A DNA stretch of 64,000 bases from the NCBI GenBank assembly GCA_964016885.1, contig OZ024743.1:115878001-115942000 (forward strand), written 5' to 3'. Each line of letters starts with the position of its first letter. Position 1 is the first letter of the stretch. Both the position numbers and the translations under genes were made by a program. Positions 43,301-57,914 of this stretch are shown here, in pieces. The stretch comes from Eledone cirrhosa (Eukaryota). The notes below the pieces were generated by a model. The model had not been told where the DNA came from. It saw nothing but the letters and a program-made list of their open reading frames with translations, and did not search any database.

Positions 43301-46300
43301 CTAAGAAAATATCTATGTGCGTGTGTAATTTATACAAGCATATATTTATTTTTTTATTTTCAATCGAGTTCTTTAACACGTTGGATTGATAATGTTTTCA
43401 AAAAAACTAATTAACCCGCGTGTATATTATTTTTTTTCCTCATTTCGTGGATCGTGGGTTGTCTCCCCTTCCCGCTTCGTGTCGCTATGATACTTCCTCA
43501 GTCAAAAACTGTTGGAATTTCAAATTTGGCGGTCATTCGAGGCGAGAGAGAGCAACTTTACGGACACGATTTTTGACAGCGGTAAGAAATTATTTTCTTA
43601 TATCAAAATTTAATGGGCTTCCACTGATGATTTATAAGTGCCCACCTAAATATATTCTTACATGAATATATATTAGGCTTCTACATAAACTGGAAACATT
43701 CTCCCAAATTGTAGAAAACTTATAATGAAACAATTGTTTGGAAAGAGAGATATAATTTAACTTCAATTATATCTCATAAAATAATACAACTGGTTTTTCC
43801 ACATTATACATATTTTTAGCACCCCAAAAACTTAAATTGGGTTTATATTTAAATATAACCTAATGTTTGTTGCGTGAGATGGTTACCAGTCGGAGTTTAG
43901 CTTTGACCTATCTCTGTTATTGTATTAAATATTTACTCTTGATTGGCCAGGAGTGTTTATTTCCAGGTACCTGATGAATTTGACTCTCCGTATTTATTAC
44001 TGTTGTGATATGTTGTGGCTATTTTGGTTGTAACTTCTTTGTTTTTTAGCCTGAGAAATTATATATATGCCTACGCATATAATTACATGCATACATTTAT
44101 TTCCTGTTATTAATTGAGTTCTTTACACGAGGAATTAGTATTGGTTTTGAAATAACTAATCAACCCGCGTGTGTTTTATATTTTACTCTTAATTCGGCCG
44201 GAGAATTATATTCCCATTTGCCCTTCATAGCATAACTCTCTGCATTTACTGCGGTTATGAAAAGCGGTTCTTATTCGGGTACAACTTCTGATTTAGCCTA
44301 AGAAAATATCTATGGGCGTGTGTAATTTATACAAGAATATATTTATTTTTTTATTTTCAATTGAGTTCTTTTACACGTTGGATTGATAATGTTTTCAAAA
44401 AAACTAATTAACCCGCGTGTTTATTATTTTTTTTCCTCATTTCCTGGATCGTGGGTTGTCTCCCCTTCCCGCTTCGTGTCGCTATGATACTTCCTCAGTC
44501 AAAAACTGCTGGAATTTCAAATTTGGCGGTCATTCGAGGCGAGAGAGAGCAACTTTACGGACACGATTTTTGACAGCGGTAAGAAATTATTTTCTTATAT
44601 CAAAATTTAATGGGCTTCCAATGATGATTTATAACTGCCCACCTAAATATATTCTTACATGAATATATATTAGGCTTCTACATAAACTGGAAACATTCTC
44701 CCAACTTGTAGAAAACTTATAATGAAACAATTGTTTGGAAAGAGAGATATAATTTAACTTTAATTATATCTCATGAAATAATACAACTGCTTGTTCCACA
44801 TTATACATATTGTAGCACCCCAAAAACTTAAATTGGGTTTATATTTAAATATAACCTAATGTTTGTTGAGTGAGATGGTTACCAGTCGGAGTTTAGCTTT
44901 GAACTATCTCTGTTATTGTATTAAATATTTACTCTTGATTGGCCAGGAGTGTTTATTTCCAGGTACCTTATGAATTTGACTCTCCGTATTTATTACTGTT
45001 GTGATATGTTGTGGCTTCTTTGGTTGTAACTTCTTTGTTTTTTAGCCTGAGAAATTATATATATACCTACGTATATAATTGCATGCATACATTTATTTCC
45101 TGTTATTAATTGAGTTCTTTAGACGAGGAATTAGTATTGGTTTTGAAATAACTAATCAACCCGCGTGTTTTTTATATTTTACTCTTAATTCGGCCGGAGA
45201 ATTATATTCTCATTTGCCCTTTATAGCATAACTCTCTGCATTTACTGCAGTTATGAGAAGCGGTTCTTATTCGGGTAGAACTTCTGATTTAGCCTAAGAA
45301 AATATCTATGTGCGTGTGTAATTTATACAAGCATATATTTATTTTTTTATTTTCAATCGAGTTCTTTAACACGTTGGATTGATAATGTTTTCAAAAAAAC
45401 TAATTAACCCGCGTGTATATTATTTTTTTTCCTCATTTCGTGGATCGTGGGTTGTCTCCCCTTCCCGCTTCGTGTCGCTATGATACTTCCTCAGTCAAAA
45501 ACTGCTGGAATTTCAAATTTGGCGGTCATTCGAGGCGAGAGAGAGCAACTTTACGGACACGATTTTTGACAGCGGTAAGAAATTATTTTCTTATATCAAA
45601 ATTTAATGGGCTTCCACTGATGATTTATAAGTGCCCACCTAAATATATTCTTACATGAATATATATTAGGCTTCTACATAAACTGGAAACATTCTCCCAA
45701 ATTGTAGAAAACTTATAATGAAACAATTGTTTGGAAAGAGAGATATAATTTAACTTCAATTATATCTCATAAAATAATACAACTGGTTTTTCCACATTAT
45801 ACATATTTTTAGCACCCCAAAAACTTAAATTGGGTTTATATTTAAATATAACCTAATGTTTGTTGCGTGAGATGGTTACCAGTCGGAGTTTAGCTTTGAC
45901 CTATCTCTGTTATTGTATTAAATATTTACTCTTGATTGGCCAGGAGTGTTTATTTCCAGGTACCTGATGAATTTGACTCTCCGTATTTATTACTGTTGTG
46001 ATATGTTGTGGCTATTTTGGTTGTAACTTCTTTGTTTTTTAGCCTGAGAAATTATATATATGCCTACGCATATAATTACATGCATACATTTATTTCCTGT
46101 TATTAATTGAGTTCTTTACACGAGGAATTAGTATTGGTTTTGAAATAACTAATCAACCCGCGTGTGTTTTATATTTTACTCTTAATTCGGCCGGAGAATT
46201 ATATTCCCATTTGCCCTTCATAGCATAACTCTCTGCATTTACTGCGGTTATGAAAAGCGGTTCTTATTCGGGTACAACTTCTGATTTAGCCTAAGAAAAT

Positions 46301-49300
46301 ATCTATGGGCGTGTGTAATTTATACAAGAATATATTTATTTTTTTATTTTCAATTGAGTTCTTTTACACGTTGGATTGATAATGTTTTCAAAAAAACTAA
46401 TTAACCCGCGTGTTTATTATTTTTTTTCCTCATTTCCTGGATCGTGGGTTGTCTCCCCTTCCCGCTTCGTGTCGCTATGATACTTCCTCAGTCAAAAACT
46501 GCTGGAATTTCAAATTTGGCGGTCATTCGAGGCGAGAGAGAGCAACTTTACGGACACGATTTTTGACAGCGGTAAGAAATTATTTTCTTATATCAAAATT
46601 TAATGGGCTTCCAATGATGATTTATAACTGCCCACCTAAATATATTCTTACATGAATATATATTAGGCTTCTACATAAACTGGAAACATTCTCCCAACTT
46701 GTAGAAAACTTATAATGAAACAATTGTTTGGAAAGAGAGATATAATTTAACTTTAATTATATCTCATGAAATAATACAACTGCTTGTTCCACATTATACA
46801 TATTGTAGCACCCCAAAAACTTAAATTGGGTTTATATTTAAATATAACCTAATGTTTGTTGAGTGAGATGGTTACCAGTCGGAGTTTAGCTTTGAACTAT
46901 CTCTGTTATTGTATTAAATATTTACTCTTGATTGGCCAGGAGTGTTTATTTCCAGGTACCTTATGAATTTGACTCTCCGTATTTATTACTGTTGTGATAT
47001 GTTGTGGCTTCTTTGGTTGTAACTTCTTTGTTTTTTAGCCTGAGAAATTATATATATACCTACGTATATAATTGCATGCATACATTTATTTCCTGTTATT
47101 AATTGAGTTCTTTACACGAGGAATTAGTATTGGTTTTGAAATAACTAATCAACCCGCGTGTTTTTTATATTTTACTCTTAATTCGGCCGGAGAATTATAT
47201 TCTCATTTGCCCTTTATAGCATAACTCTCTGCATTTACTGCAGTTATGAGAAGCGGTTCTTATTCGGGTAGAACTTCTGATTTAGCCTAAGAAAATATCT
47301 ATGTGCGTGTGTAATTTATACAAGCATATATTTATTTTTTTATTTTCAATCGAGTTCTTTAACACGTTGGATTGATAATGTTTTCAAAAAAACTAATTAA
47401 CCCGCGTGTATATTATTTTTTTTCCTCATTTCGTGGATCGTGGGTTGTCTCCCCTTCCCGCTTCGTGTCGCTATGATACTTCCTCAGTCAAAAACTGCTG
47501 GAATTTCAAATTTGGCGGTCATTCGAGGCGAGAGAGAGCAACTTTACGGACACGATTTTTGACAGCGGTAAGAAATTATTTTCTTATATCAAAATTTAAT
47601 GGGCTTCCACTGATGATTTATAAGTGCCCACCTAAATATATTCTTACATGAATATATATTAGGCTTCTACATAAACTGGAAACATTCTCCCAAATTGTAG
47701 AAAACTTATAATGAAACAATTGTTTGGAAAGAGAGATATAATTTAACTTCAATTATATCTCATAAAATAATACAACTGGTTTTTCCACATTATACATATT
47801 TTTAGCACCCCAAAAACTTAAATTGGGTTTATATTTAAATATAACCTAATGTTTGTTGCGTGAGATGGTTACCAGTCGGAGTTTAGCTTTGACCTATCTC
47901 TGTTATTGTATTAAATATTTACTCTTGATTGGCCAGGAGTGTTTATTTCCAGGTACCTGATGAATTTGACTCTCCGTATTTATTACTGTTGTGATATGTT
48001 GTGGCTATTTTGGTTGTAACTTCTTTGTTTTTTAGCCTGAGAAATTATATATATGCCTACGCATATAATTACATGCATACATTTATTTCCTGTTATTAAT
48101 TGAGTTCTTTACACGAGGAATTAGTATTGGTTTTGAAATAACTAATCAACCCGCGTGTGTTTTATATTTTACTCTTAATTCGGCCGGAGAATTATATTCC
48201 CATTTGCCCTTCATAGCATAACTCTCTGCATTTACTGCGGTTATGAAAAGCGGTTCTTATTCGGGTACAACTTCTGATTTAGCCTAAGAAAATATCTATG
48301 GGCGTGTGTAATTTATACAAGAATATATTTATTTTTTTATTTTCAATTGAGTTCTTTTACACGTTGGATTGATAATGTTTTCAAAAAAACTAATTAACCC
48401 GCGTGTTTATTATTTTTTTTCCTCATTTCCTGGATCGTGGGTTGTCTCCCCTTCCCGCTTCGTGTCGCTATGATACTTCCTCAGTCAAAAACTGCTGGAA
48501 TTTCAAATTTGGCGGTCATTCGAGGCGAGAGAGAGCAACTTTACGGACACGATTTTTGACAGCGGTAAGAAATTATTTTCTTATATCAAAATTTAATGGG
48601 CTTCCAATGATGATTTATAACTGCCCACCTAAATATATTCTTACATGAATATATATTAGGCTTCTACATAAACTGGAAACATTCTCCCAACTTGTAGAAA
48701 ACTTATAATGAAACAATTGTTTGGAAAGAGAGATATAATTTAACTTTAATTATATCTCATGAAATAATACAACTGCTTGTTCCACATTATACATATTGTA
48801 GCACCCCAAAAACTTAAATTGGGTTTATATTTAAATATAACCTAATGTTTGTTGAGTGAGATGGTTACCAGTCGGAGTTTAGCTTTGAACTATCTCTGTT
48901 ATTGTATTAAATATTTACTCTTGATTGGCCAGGAGTGTTTATTTCCAGGTACCTTATGAATTTGACTCTCCGTATTTATTACTGTTGTGATATGTTGTGG
49001 CTTCTTTGGTTGTAACTTCTTTGTTTTTTAGCCTGAGAAATTATATATATACCTACGTATATAATTGCATGCATACATTTATTTCCTGTTATTAATTGAG
49101 TTCTTTACACGAGGAATTAGTATTGGTTTTGAAATAACTAATCAACCCGCGTGTTTTTTATATTTTACTCTTAATTCGGCCGGAGAATTATATTCTCATT
49201 TGCCCTTTATAGCATAACTCTCTGCATTTACTGCAGTTATGAGAAGCGGTTCTTATTCGGGTAGAACTTCTGATTTAGCCTAAGAAAATATCTATGTGCG

Positions 49301-52300
49301 TGTGTAATTTATACAAGCATATATTTATTTTTTTATTTTCAATCGAGTTCTTTAACACGTTGGATTGATAATGTTTTCAAAAAAACTAATTAACCCGCGT
49401 GTATATTATTTTTTTTCCTCATTTCGTGGATCGTGGGTTGTCTCCCCTTCCCGCTTCGTGTCGCTATGATACTTCCTCAGTCAAAAACTGCTGGAATTTC
49501 AAATTTGGCGGTCATTCGAGGCGAGAGAGAGCAACTTTACGGACACGATTTTTGACAGCGGTAAGAAATTATTTTCTTATATCAAAATTTAATGGGCTTC
49601 CACTGATGATTTATAAGTGCCCACCTAAATATATTCTTACATGAATATATATTAGGCTTCTACATAAACTGGAAACATTCTCCCAAATTGTAGAAAACTT
49701 ATAATGAAACAATTGTTTGGAAAGAGAGATATAATTTAACTTCAATTATATCTCATAAAATAATACAACTGGTTTTTCCACATTATACATATTTTTAGCA
49801 CCCCAAAAACTTAAATTGGGTTTATATTTAAATATAACCTAATGTTTGTTGCGTGAGATGGTTACCAGTCGGAGTTTAGCTTTGACCTATCTCTGTTATT
49901 GTATTAAATATTTACTCTTGATTGGCCAGGAGTGTTTATTTCCAGGTACCTGATGAATTTGACTCTCCGTATTTATTACTGTTGTGATATGTTGTGGCTA
50001 TTTTGGTTGTAACTTCTTTGTTTTTTAGCCTGAGAAATTATATATATGCCTACGCATATAATTACATGCATACATTTATTTCCTGTTATTAATTGAGTTC
50101 TTTACACGAGGAATTAGTATTGGTTTTGAAATAACTAATCAACCCGCGTGTGTTTTATATTTTACTCTTAATTCGGCCGGAGAATTATATTCCCATTTGC
50201 CCTTCATAGCATAACTCTCTGCATTTACTGCGGTTATGAAAAGCGGTTCTTATTCGGGTACAACTTCTGATTTAGCCTAAGAAAATATCTATGGGCGTGT
50301 GTAATTTATACAAGAATATATTTATTTTTTTATTTTCAATTGAGTTCTTTTACACGTTGGATTGATAATGTTTTCAAAAAAACTAATTAACCCGCGTGTT
50401 TATTATTTTTTTTCCTCATTTCCTGGATCGTGGGTTGTCTCCCCTTCCCGCTTCGTGTCGCTATGATACTTCCTCAGTCAAAAACTGCTGGAATTTCAAA
50501 TTTGGCGGTCATTCGAGGCGAGAGAGAGCAACTTTACGGACACGATTTTTGACAGCGGTAAGAAATTATTTTCTTATATCAAAATTTAATGGGCTTCCAA
50601 TGATGATTTATAACTGCCCACCTAAATATATTCTTACATGAATATATATTAGGCTTCTACATAAACTGGAAACATTCTCCCAACTTGTAGAAAACTTATA
50701 ATGAAACAATTGTTTGGAAAGAGAGATATAATTTAACTTTAATTATATCTCATGAAATAATACAACTGCTTGTTCCACATTATACATATTGTAGCACCCC
50801 AAAAACTTAAATTGGGTTTATATTTAAATATAACCTAATGTTTGTTGAGTGAGATGGTTACCAGTCGGAGTTTAGCTTTGAACTATCTCTGTTATTGTAT
50901 TAAATATTTACTCTTGATTGGCCAGGAGTGTTTATTTCCAGGTACCTTATGAATTTGACTCTCCGTATTTATTACTGTTGTGATATGTTGTGGCTTCTTT
51001 GGTTGTAACTTCTTTGTTTTTTAGCCTGAGAAATTATATATATACCTACGTATATAATTGCATGCATACATTTATTTCCTGTTATTAATTGAGTTCTTTA
51101 CACGAGGAATTAGTATTGGTTTTGAAATAACTAATCAACCCGCGTGTTTTTTATATTTTACTCTTAATTCGGCCGGAGAATTATATTCTCATTTGCCCTT
51201 TATAGCATAACTCTCTGCATTTACTGCAGTTATGAGAAGCGGTTCTTATTCGGGTAGAACTTCTGATTTAGCCTAAGAAAATATCTATGTGCGTGTGTAA
51301 TTTATACAAGCATATATTTATTTTTTTATTTTCAATCGAGTTCTTTAACACGTTGGATTGATAATGTTTTCAAAAAAACTAATTAACCCGCGTGTATATT
51401 ATTTTTTTTCCTCATTTCGTGGATCGTGGGTTGTCTCCCCTTCCCGCTTCGTGTCGCTATGATACTTCCTCAGTCAAAAACTGCTGGAATTTCAAATTTG
51501 GCGGTCATTCGAGGCGAGAGAGAGCAACTTTACGGACACGATTTTTGACAGCGGTAAGAAATTATTTTCTTATATCAAAATTTAATGGGCTTCCACTGAT
51601 GATTTATAAGTGCCCACCTAAATATATTCTTACATGAATATATATTAGGCTTCTACATAAACTGGAAACATTCTCCCAAATTGTAGAAAACTTATAATGA
51701 AACAATTGTTTGGAAAGAGAGATATAATTTAACTTCAATTATATCTCATAAAATAATACAACTGGTTTTTCCACATTATACATATTTTTAGCACCCCAAA
51801 AACTTAAATTGGGTTTATATTTAAATATAACCTAATGTTTGTTGCGTGAGATGGTTACCAGTCGGAGTTTAGCTTTGACCTATCTCTGTTATTGTATTAA
51901 ATATTTACTCTTGATTGGCCAGGAGTGTTTATTTCCAGGTACCTGATGAATTTGACTCTCCGTATTTATTACTGTTGTGATATGTTGTGGCTATTTTGGT
52001 TGTAACTTCTTTGTTTTTTAGCCTGAGAAATTATATATATGCCTACGCATATAATTACATGCATACATTTATTTCCTGTTATTAATTGAGTTCTTTACAC
52101 GAGGAATTAGTATTGGTTTTGAAATAACTAATCAACCCGCGTGTGTTTTATATTTTACTCTTAATTCGGCCGGAGAATTATATTCCCATTTGCCCTTCAT
52201 AGCATAACTCTCTGCATTTACTGCGGTTATGAAAAGCGGTTCTTATTCGGGTACAACTTCTGATTTAGCCTAAGAAAATATCTATGGGCGTGTGTAATTT

Positions 52301-54890
52301 ATACAAGAATATATTTATTTTTTTATTTTCAATTGAGTTCTTTTACACGTTGGATTGATAATGTTTTCAAAAAAACTAATTAACCCGCGTGTTTATTATT
52401 TTTTTTCCTCATTTCCTGGATCGTGGGTTGTCTCCCCTTCCCGCTTCGTGTCGCTATGATACTTCCTCAGTCAAAAACTGCTGGAATTTCAAATTTGGCG
52501 GTCATTCGAGGCGAGAGAGAGCAACTTTACGGACACGATTTTTGACAGCGGTAAGAAATTATTTTCTTATATCAAAATTTAATGGGCTTCCAATGATGAT
52601 TTATAACTGCCCACCTAAATATATTCTTACATGAATATATATTAGGCTTCTACATAAACTGGAAACATTCTCCCAACTTGTAGAAAACTTATAATGAAAC
52701 AATTGTTTGGAAAGAGAGATATAATTTAACTTTAATTATATCTCATGAAATAATACAACTGCTTGTTCCACATTATACATATTGTAGCACCCCAAAAACT
52801 TAAATTGGGTTTATATTTAAATATAACCTAATGTTTGTTGAGTGAGATGGTTACCAGTCGGAGTTTAGCTTTGAACTATCTCTGTTATTGTATTAAATAT
52901 TTACTCTTGATTGGCCAGGAGTGTTTATTTCCAGGTACCTTATGAATTTGACTCTCCGTATTTATTACTGTTGTGATATGTTGTGGCTTCTTTGGTTGTA
53001 ACTTCTTTGTTTTTTAGCCTGAGAAATTATATATATACCTACGTATATAATTGCATGCATACATTTATTTCCTGTTATTAATTGAGTTCTTTACACGAGG
53101 AATTAGTATTGGTTTTGAAATAACTAATCAACCCGCGTGTTTTTTATATTTTACTCTTAATTCGGCCGGAGAATTATATTCTCATTTGCCCTTTATAGCA
53201 TAACTCTCTGCATTTACTGCAGTTATGAGAAGCGGTTCTTATTCGGGTAGAACTTCTGATTTAGCCTAAGAAAATATCTATGTGCGTGTGTAATTTATAC
53301 AAGCATATATTTATTTTTTTATTTTCAATCGAGTTCTTTAACACGTTGGATTGATAATGTTTTCAAAAAAACTAATTAACCCGCGTGTATATTATTTTTT
53401 TTCCTCATTTCGTGGATCGTGGGTTGTCTCCCCTTCCCGCTTCGTGTCGCTATGATACTTCCTCAGTCAAAAACTGCTGGAATTTCAAATTTGGCGGTCA
53501 TTCGAGGCGAGAGAGAGCAACTTTACGGACACGATTTTTGACAGCGGTAAGAAATTATTTTCTTATATCAAAATTTAATGGGCTTCCACTGATGATTTAT
53601 AAGTGCCCACCTAAATATATTCTTACATGAATATATATTAGGCTTCTACATAAACTGGAAACATTCTCCCAAATTGTAGAAAACTTATAATGAAACAATT
53701 GTTTGGAAAGAGAGATATAATTTAACTTCAATTATATCTCATAAAATAATACAACTGGTTTTTCCACATTATACATATTTTTAGCACCCCAAAAACTTAA
53801 ATTGGGTTTATATTTAAATATAACCTAATGTTTGTTGCGTGAGATGGTTACCAGTCGGAGTTTAGCTTTGACCTATCTCTGTTATTGTATTAAATATTTA
53901 CTCTTGATTGGCCAGGAGTGTTTATTTCCAGGTACCTGATGAATTTGACTCTCCGTATTTATTACTGTTGTGATATGTTGTGGCTATTTTGGTTGTAACT
54001 TCTTTGTTTTTTAGCCTGAGAAATTATATATATGCCTACGCATATAGTTACATGCATACATTTATTTCCTGTTATTAATTGAGTTCTTTACACGAGGAAT
54101 TAGTATTGGTTTTGAAATAACTAATCAACCCGCGTGTGTTTTATATTTTACTCTTAATTCGGCCGGAGAATTATATTCCCATTTGCCCTTCATAGCATAA
54201 CTCTCTGCATTTACTGCGGTTATGAAAAGCGGTTCTTATTCGGGTACAACTTCTGATTTAGCCTAAGAAAATATCTATGGGCGTGTGTAATTTATACAAG
54301 AATATATTTATTTTTTTATTTTCAATTGAGTTCTTTTACACGTTGGATTGATAATGTTTTCAAAAAAACTAATTAACCCGCGTGTTTATTATTTTTTTTC
54401 CTCATTTCCTGGATCGTGGGTTGTCTCCCCTTCCCGCTTCGTGTCGCTATGATACTTCCTCAGTCAAAAACTGCTGGAATTTCAAATTTGGCGGTCATTC
54501 GAGGCGAGAGAGAGCAACTTTACGGACACGATTTTTGACAGCGGTAAGAAATTATTTTCTTATATCAAAATTTAATGGGCTTCCAATGATGATTTATAAC
54601 TGCCCACCTAAATATATTCTTACATGAATATATATTAGGCTTCTACATAAACTGGAAACATTCTCCCAACTTGTAGAAAACTTATAATGAAACAATTGTT
54701 TGGAAAGAGAGATATAATTTAACTTTAATTATATCTCATGAAATAATACAACTGCTTGTTCCACATTATACATATTGTAGCACCCCAAACACTTAAATTG
54801 GGTTTATATTTACATATAACCTAATGTTTGTTGAGTTGATGGTTACCAGTCGGAGTTCAGCTTTGAACTATCTCTGTTATTGTATTAAAT
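34336..54890 (+). repeat. Tandem array of ~20.6 units of 993-997 bp; 1993-bp dimeric higher-order repeat in the right two-thirds; each unit carries a hammerhead motif
   Basis: The same 81-codon frame recurs 21 times with spacings 996, 997, 993, 993, 997x4, then alternating 996/997. (TA)n lies on both flanks. Confidence 0.97.
39632..39756 (+). ncRNA. Type I hammerhead with large branched stem II (family J; representative of 21 array copies)
   Basis: ttcca-CTGATGA-t-ttataag…cttataa-t-GAAA-caattg-TT-tggaa; predicted cut after 39751 (GUU). Copies start at 34656, 35652, 36649, 37642, 38635, 39632, 40629, 41626, 42623, and so on to 54581. Confidence 0.75.
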
Positions 54891-54891
54891 G

Positions 54892-54952
<61 letters not shown>

Positions 54953-55069
54953 AATTTTGAGTATATGTTGTTTGTTTACCGACACCTGTGTATGCAAATT
55001 GGAGCACTCGACGAAGTACGCAGGTTGATTTGGTTACTCCGGAGTAATGTAAAATAAAGTAATTAAGTC

Positions 55070-56163
55070 ATATATTTAAAATTTGGCTTCGTTTATTAAA
55101 GATGTACTGCTATATATATTTCGGTTACAGCCATCATTCGCTGTGACCTTTTCAGGCAGTCCGAATTGGTGTGGTAGAGACAGGTACACATGTTGCTAAA
55201 GTGTTTCACTTCGTCAATACTCCGATATGTCCAGCTCCTGGTTGGGTTGCTATTTCTCTGAGGAATTGGAAACATATGAATTCGAACAGACGAATTTCGG
55301 CATCATAGGACACTCTCTCCTCCCATTGGTCAGTTGTGAGAACATTCCACAGTCAAAAGTCTATAGACATTGTTTTCTGACGCAAGACAATCAGTTGTGG
55401 TTGTTTTTGTTAAGTACAGCTGACCTCCTCTCTTGTGTTAATTGGTGTTAAGGGGTTAAGTGGCAGGTCAGCATTAGTTCTACTGCTGCTGTCTTTAGAA
55501 GAATGAGTATGTGTGGGTTGGCATCAGTCCTACCACCCTTTCACGTGGTGGGGGTGCCAAACAGATAAAGTAAAATGAATGAATAAAAAAAAAATAAATA
55601 AAATAAAATAAAATAAAAAATAATAAAATAAGATATGATACAATAAAATGAAGAAATAAAAAAAAATATAATAAAAAAATAATAAAATAAGATATGATAC
55701 AATAAAATGAAGAAATAAAAAAATAAAAAAATAGAATAAAATGCTTGTTTGTTATAGCCAATATCAAATATCAATGAAGAATAAAGTGCGTGTGTGTTAT
55801 AGCCAATATTAAGGTTTGAAAGTTTTGAAAAATATTGACTGAAGTATAAAGGCTGAGTCAGAAACGGGAAATGCAAAGGATTACGGTCTTTACACTATCA
55901 TGGGGTAGTGTGTTTTAAGAGCAAATGAGGCAGGAGTGGAGTGTAAAACACCATATCCTGAGTGTCAAAATCCGAAAATGCAGAGGACCACAGTTTTTAA
56001 TTCGGCATAGAGTACATATGCGTGTATGTCAACCCACATCGTTGCAAGCCCACACGCACAAGCACGGGCCCAGGTGCATCCCATGATCACACCCACCCAC
56101 ACACACACAGATTATACAAACACACCCATATATATATATATGTATATATATACGCACACACAC

Positions 56164-56203
<40 letters not shown>

Positions 56204-57175
56204 ACATACACACACGCACATATATGTAAGTACCAGTGCATGTACAATCTTAAATAACTGGATCTCTGTATGGACATATGCATAAGTCTGTGCCGCCATA
56301 TGAGTCGATCGAGGCAGGGGTAGGGGTGGTGAAAGTGTAGGGGTGGTTTACCGTGGGCTCGGTGTGACGGTGCTACTGTCCCTATAGCTGGAGGGAAGTT
56401 CCCTTCCCAATGCGTTGTTGTTGCCCATATAGCTAGAGGAAGGTCCCGGCCCTGGGGTGTATACATGTCCCGGATTTTGACACTCAAGTTATGGTGTTTT
56501 ACACTCCACTCTTGCTTCATTTGCTCTTAAAACGCACCACCCCATAATATTGTAAAGATCGCAATATTTGCATTTCCCGATTCTGACACATTCTACTTCA
56601 GCCAATATTTTCCAAATCTTTCAAACTTTAATATTGGCTATAACACACACGCACTTTATTCCTCTTTGATATTTGATATTGGCAAACACGCATTTTATAC
56701 TGTTTTATTTTTTTTATTTATTCATTTATTTTTTTTACTTCTTCATTTTATTGTAACTTATCTTATTATTTTATTATATTTTTTTAATATTTTATTTCTT
56801 CAGTTTACTTTATCTTATTTCATTATCTGTTTCCCCCCTCCCCACCACGTGAAAGGGTGGTAGGATTGATGCCAACACACACACACTCATTCTTGTAAAG
56901 ACAGCAGCAGTAGAACTAACGGTAACCTGCCAGCTAAGCCCCTAACACCAATAAACTCAAGGGAGGATGTCAGCTGTACTTAACAAAATCAACCACAACA
57001 GATTGTCTTGCGTCAGAAAAACATTTCTATAGACCTTTGACTGAGGAATGTTCTCACAACTGACCAATGGAAGGAGGGAAAATGTCACAGCAAATGATGG
57101 CTGTCACCGAAATATATATAGCAGTACATCTTTAATAAACGAAGCCACATTTTATATATTTGACTACTTTATTTT
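55070..57175. mobile_element. Long diverged inverted pair of HHR family B element
   Basis: ~55070-55985 versus ~56468-57175 in reverse complement. HHR at 55106-55160(-) with core CTGAAAA, and a 3' half-motif at ~57084-57125(+). Related copy at ~6400-6965. Confidence 0.8.
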
Positions 57176-57180
57176 ATATA

Positions 57181-57218
<38 letters not shown>

Positions 57219-57333
57219 GTGTATTTTGCAATACACTGTATGCATAATTAAAAGCATTTCGAAGACCTTATACTATTGTTTTAGAGTAGTGACAGTCTCA
57301 CTTACTTTAATTTTCAGCAAACAGGGAAGATAA

Positions 57334-57378
57334 AGCTGACAGAGCTCTGTTTCGCATTTTTTTATGCTTATCAAAGCT
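57334..57378 (-). ncRNA. Compact type I hammerhead with U3-A8 core (family K)
   Basis: agct-TTGATAA-gcat-aaaaaa-atgc-GAAA-cagagctctg-TC-agct. Confidence 0.8.
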
Positions 57379-57914
57379 AACTACTCCTCCTGTTTGCTGA
57401 ATATCATGAATGTTTGATTCTTATAGAATTCTAGTAATAATCAGGAACTGATTATACAGAGTGGTTGCCGGTCAAGCAGGAATTGAAAATTAGAATTGGT
57501 GCTCTGAAATAGCGATATATATATATATATGAATGTATATATAGTGTATTATACAATACACTGTATGCTTAATTAAAATCATTTCGAAGAACTTATGCTA
57601 TTGTTTTAGAGTAGTGACAGTCTCACTTACTTTGATTTTCAGTTGTTTGCTGAAAATTAAAGTAAGTGAGACTGTCACTACTCTAAAACAATAGCGTAAG
57701 GGCTTCGAAATACTTTTAATTAAGCATACAGTGTATTGCAAAATACATTATATATACATTCCTATATATATCGCTATTTCAGAGCACCAATTCTAATATA
57801 TATATATATTTATATATATATATATCAATTTATTATAATAAATTTATAAATTTAGGAATTTATAAATTTCAGGTTGGTTGGATGGTTCCACAACCAGATG
57901 GTTGTTTATATATT

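Noticed and set aside
34457-54627. 81-aa ORF repeated 21 times as a tandem gene family
   Set aside because: GTG start in a eukaryotic context and no recognisable domain; its persistence simply reflects near-identity of the units.
34336-54890. Array as 5S rRNA, U snRNA, SL RNA or histone cluster
   Set aside because: No recognisable 5S, U1, U2 or histone sequence. The Sm-like ATTTTTG lies upstream of the GGTAAG donor, the wrong order for SL RNA. An Rfam scan would be the definitive test.
34336-54890. CRISPR array
   Set aside because: Whole ~1-kb units repeat with no unique spacers, there are no cas genes, and the context is eukaryotic.
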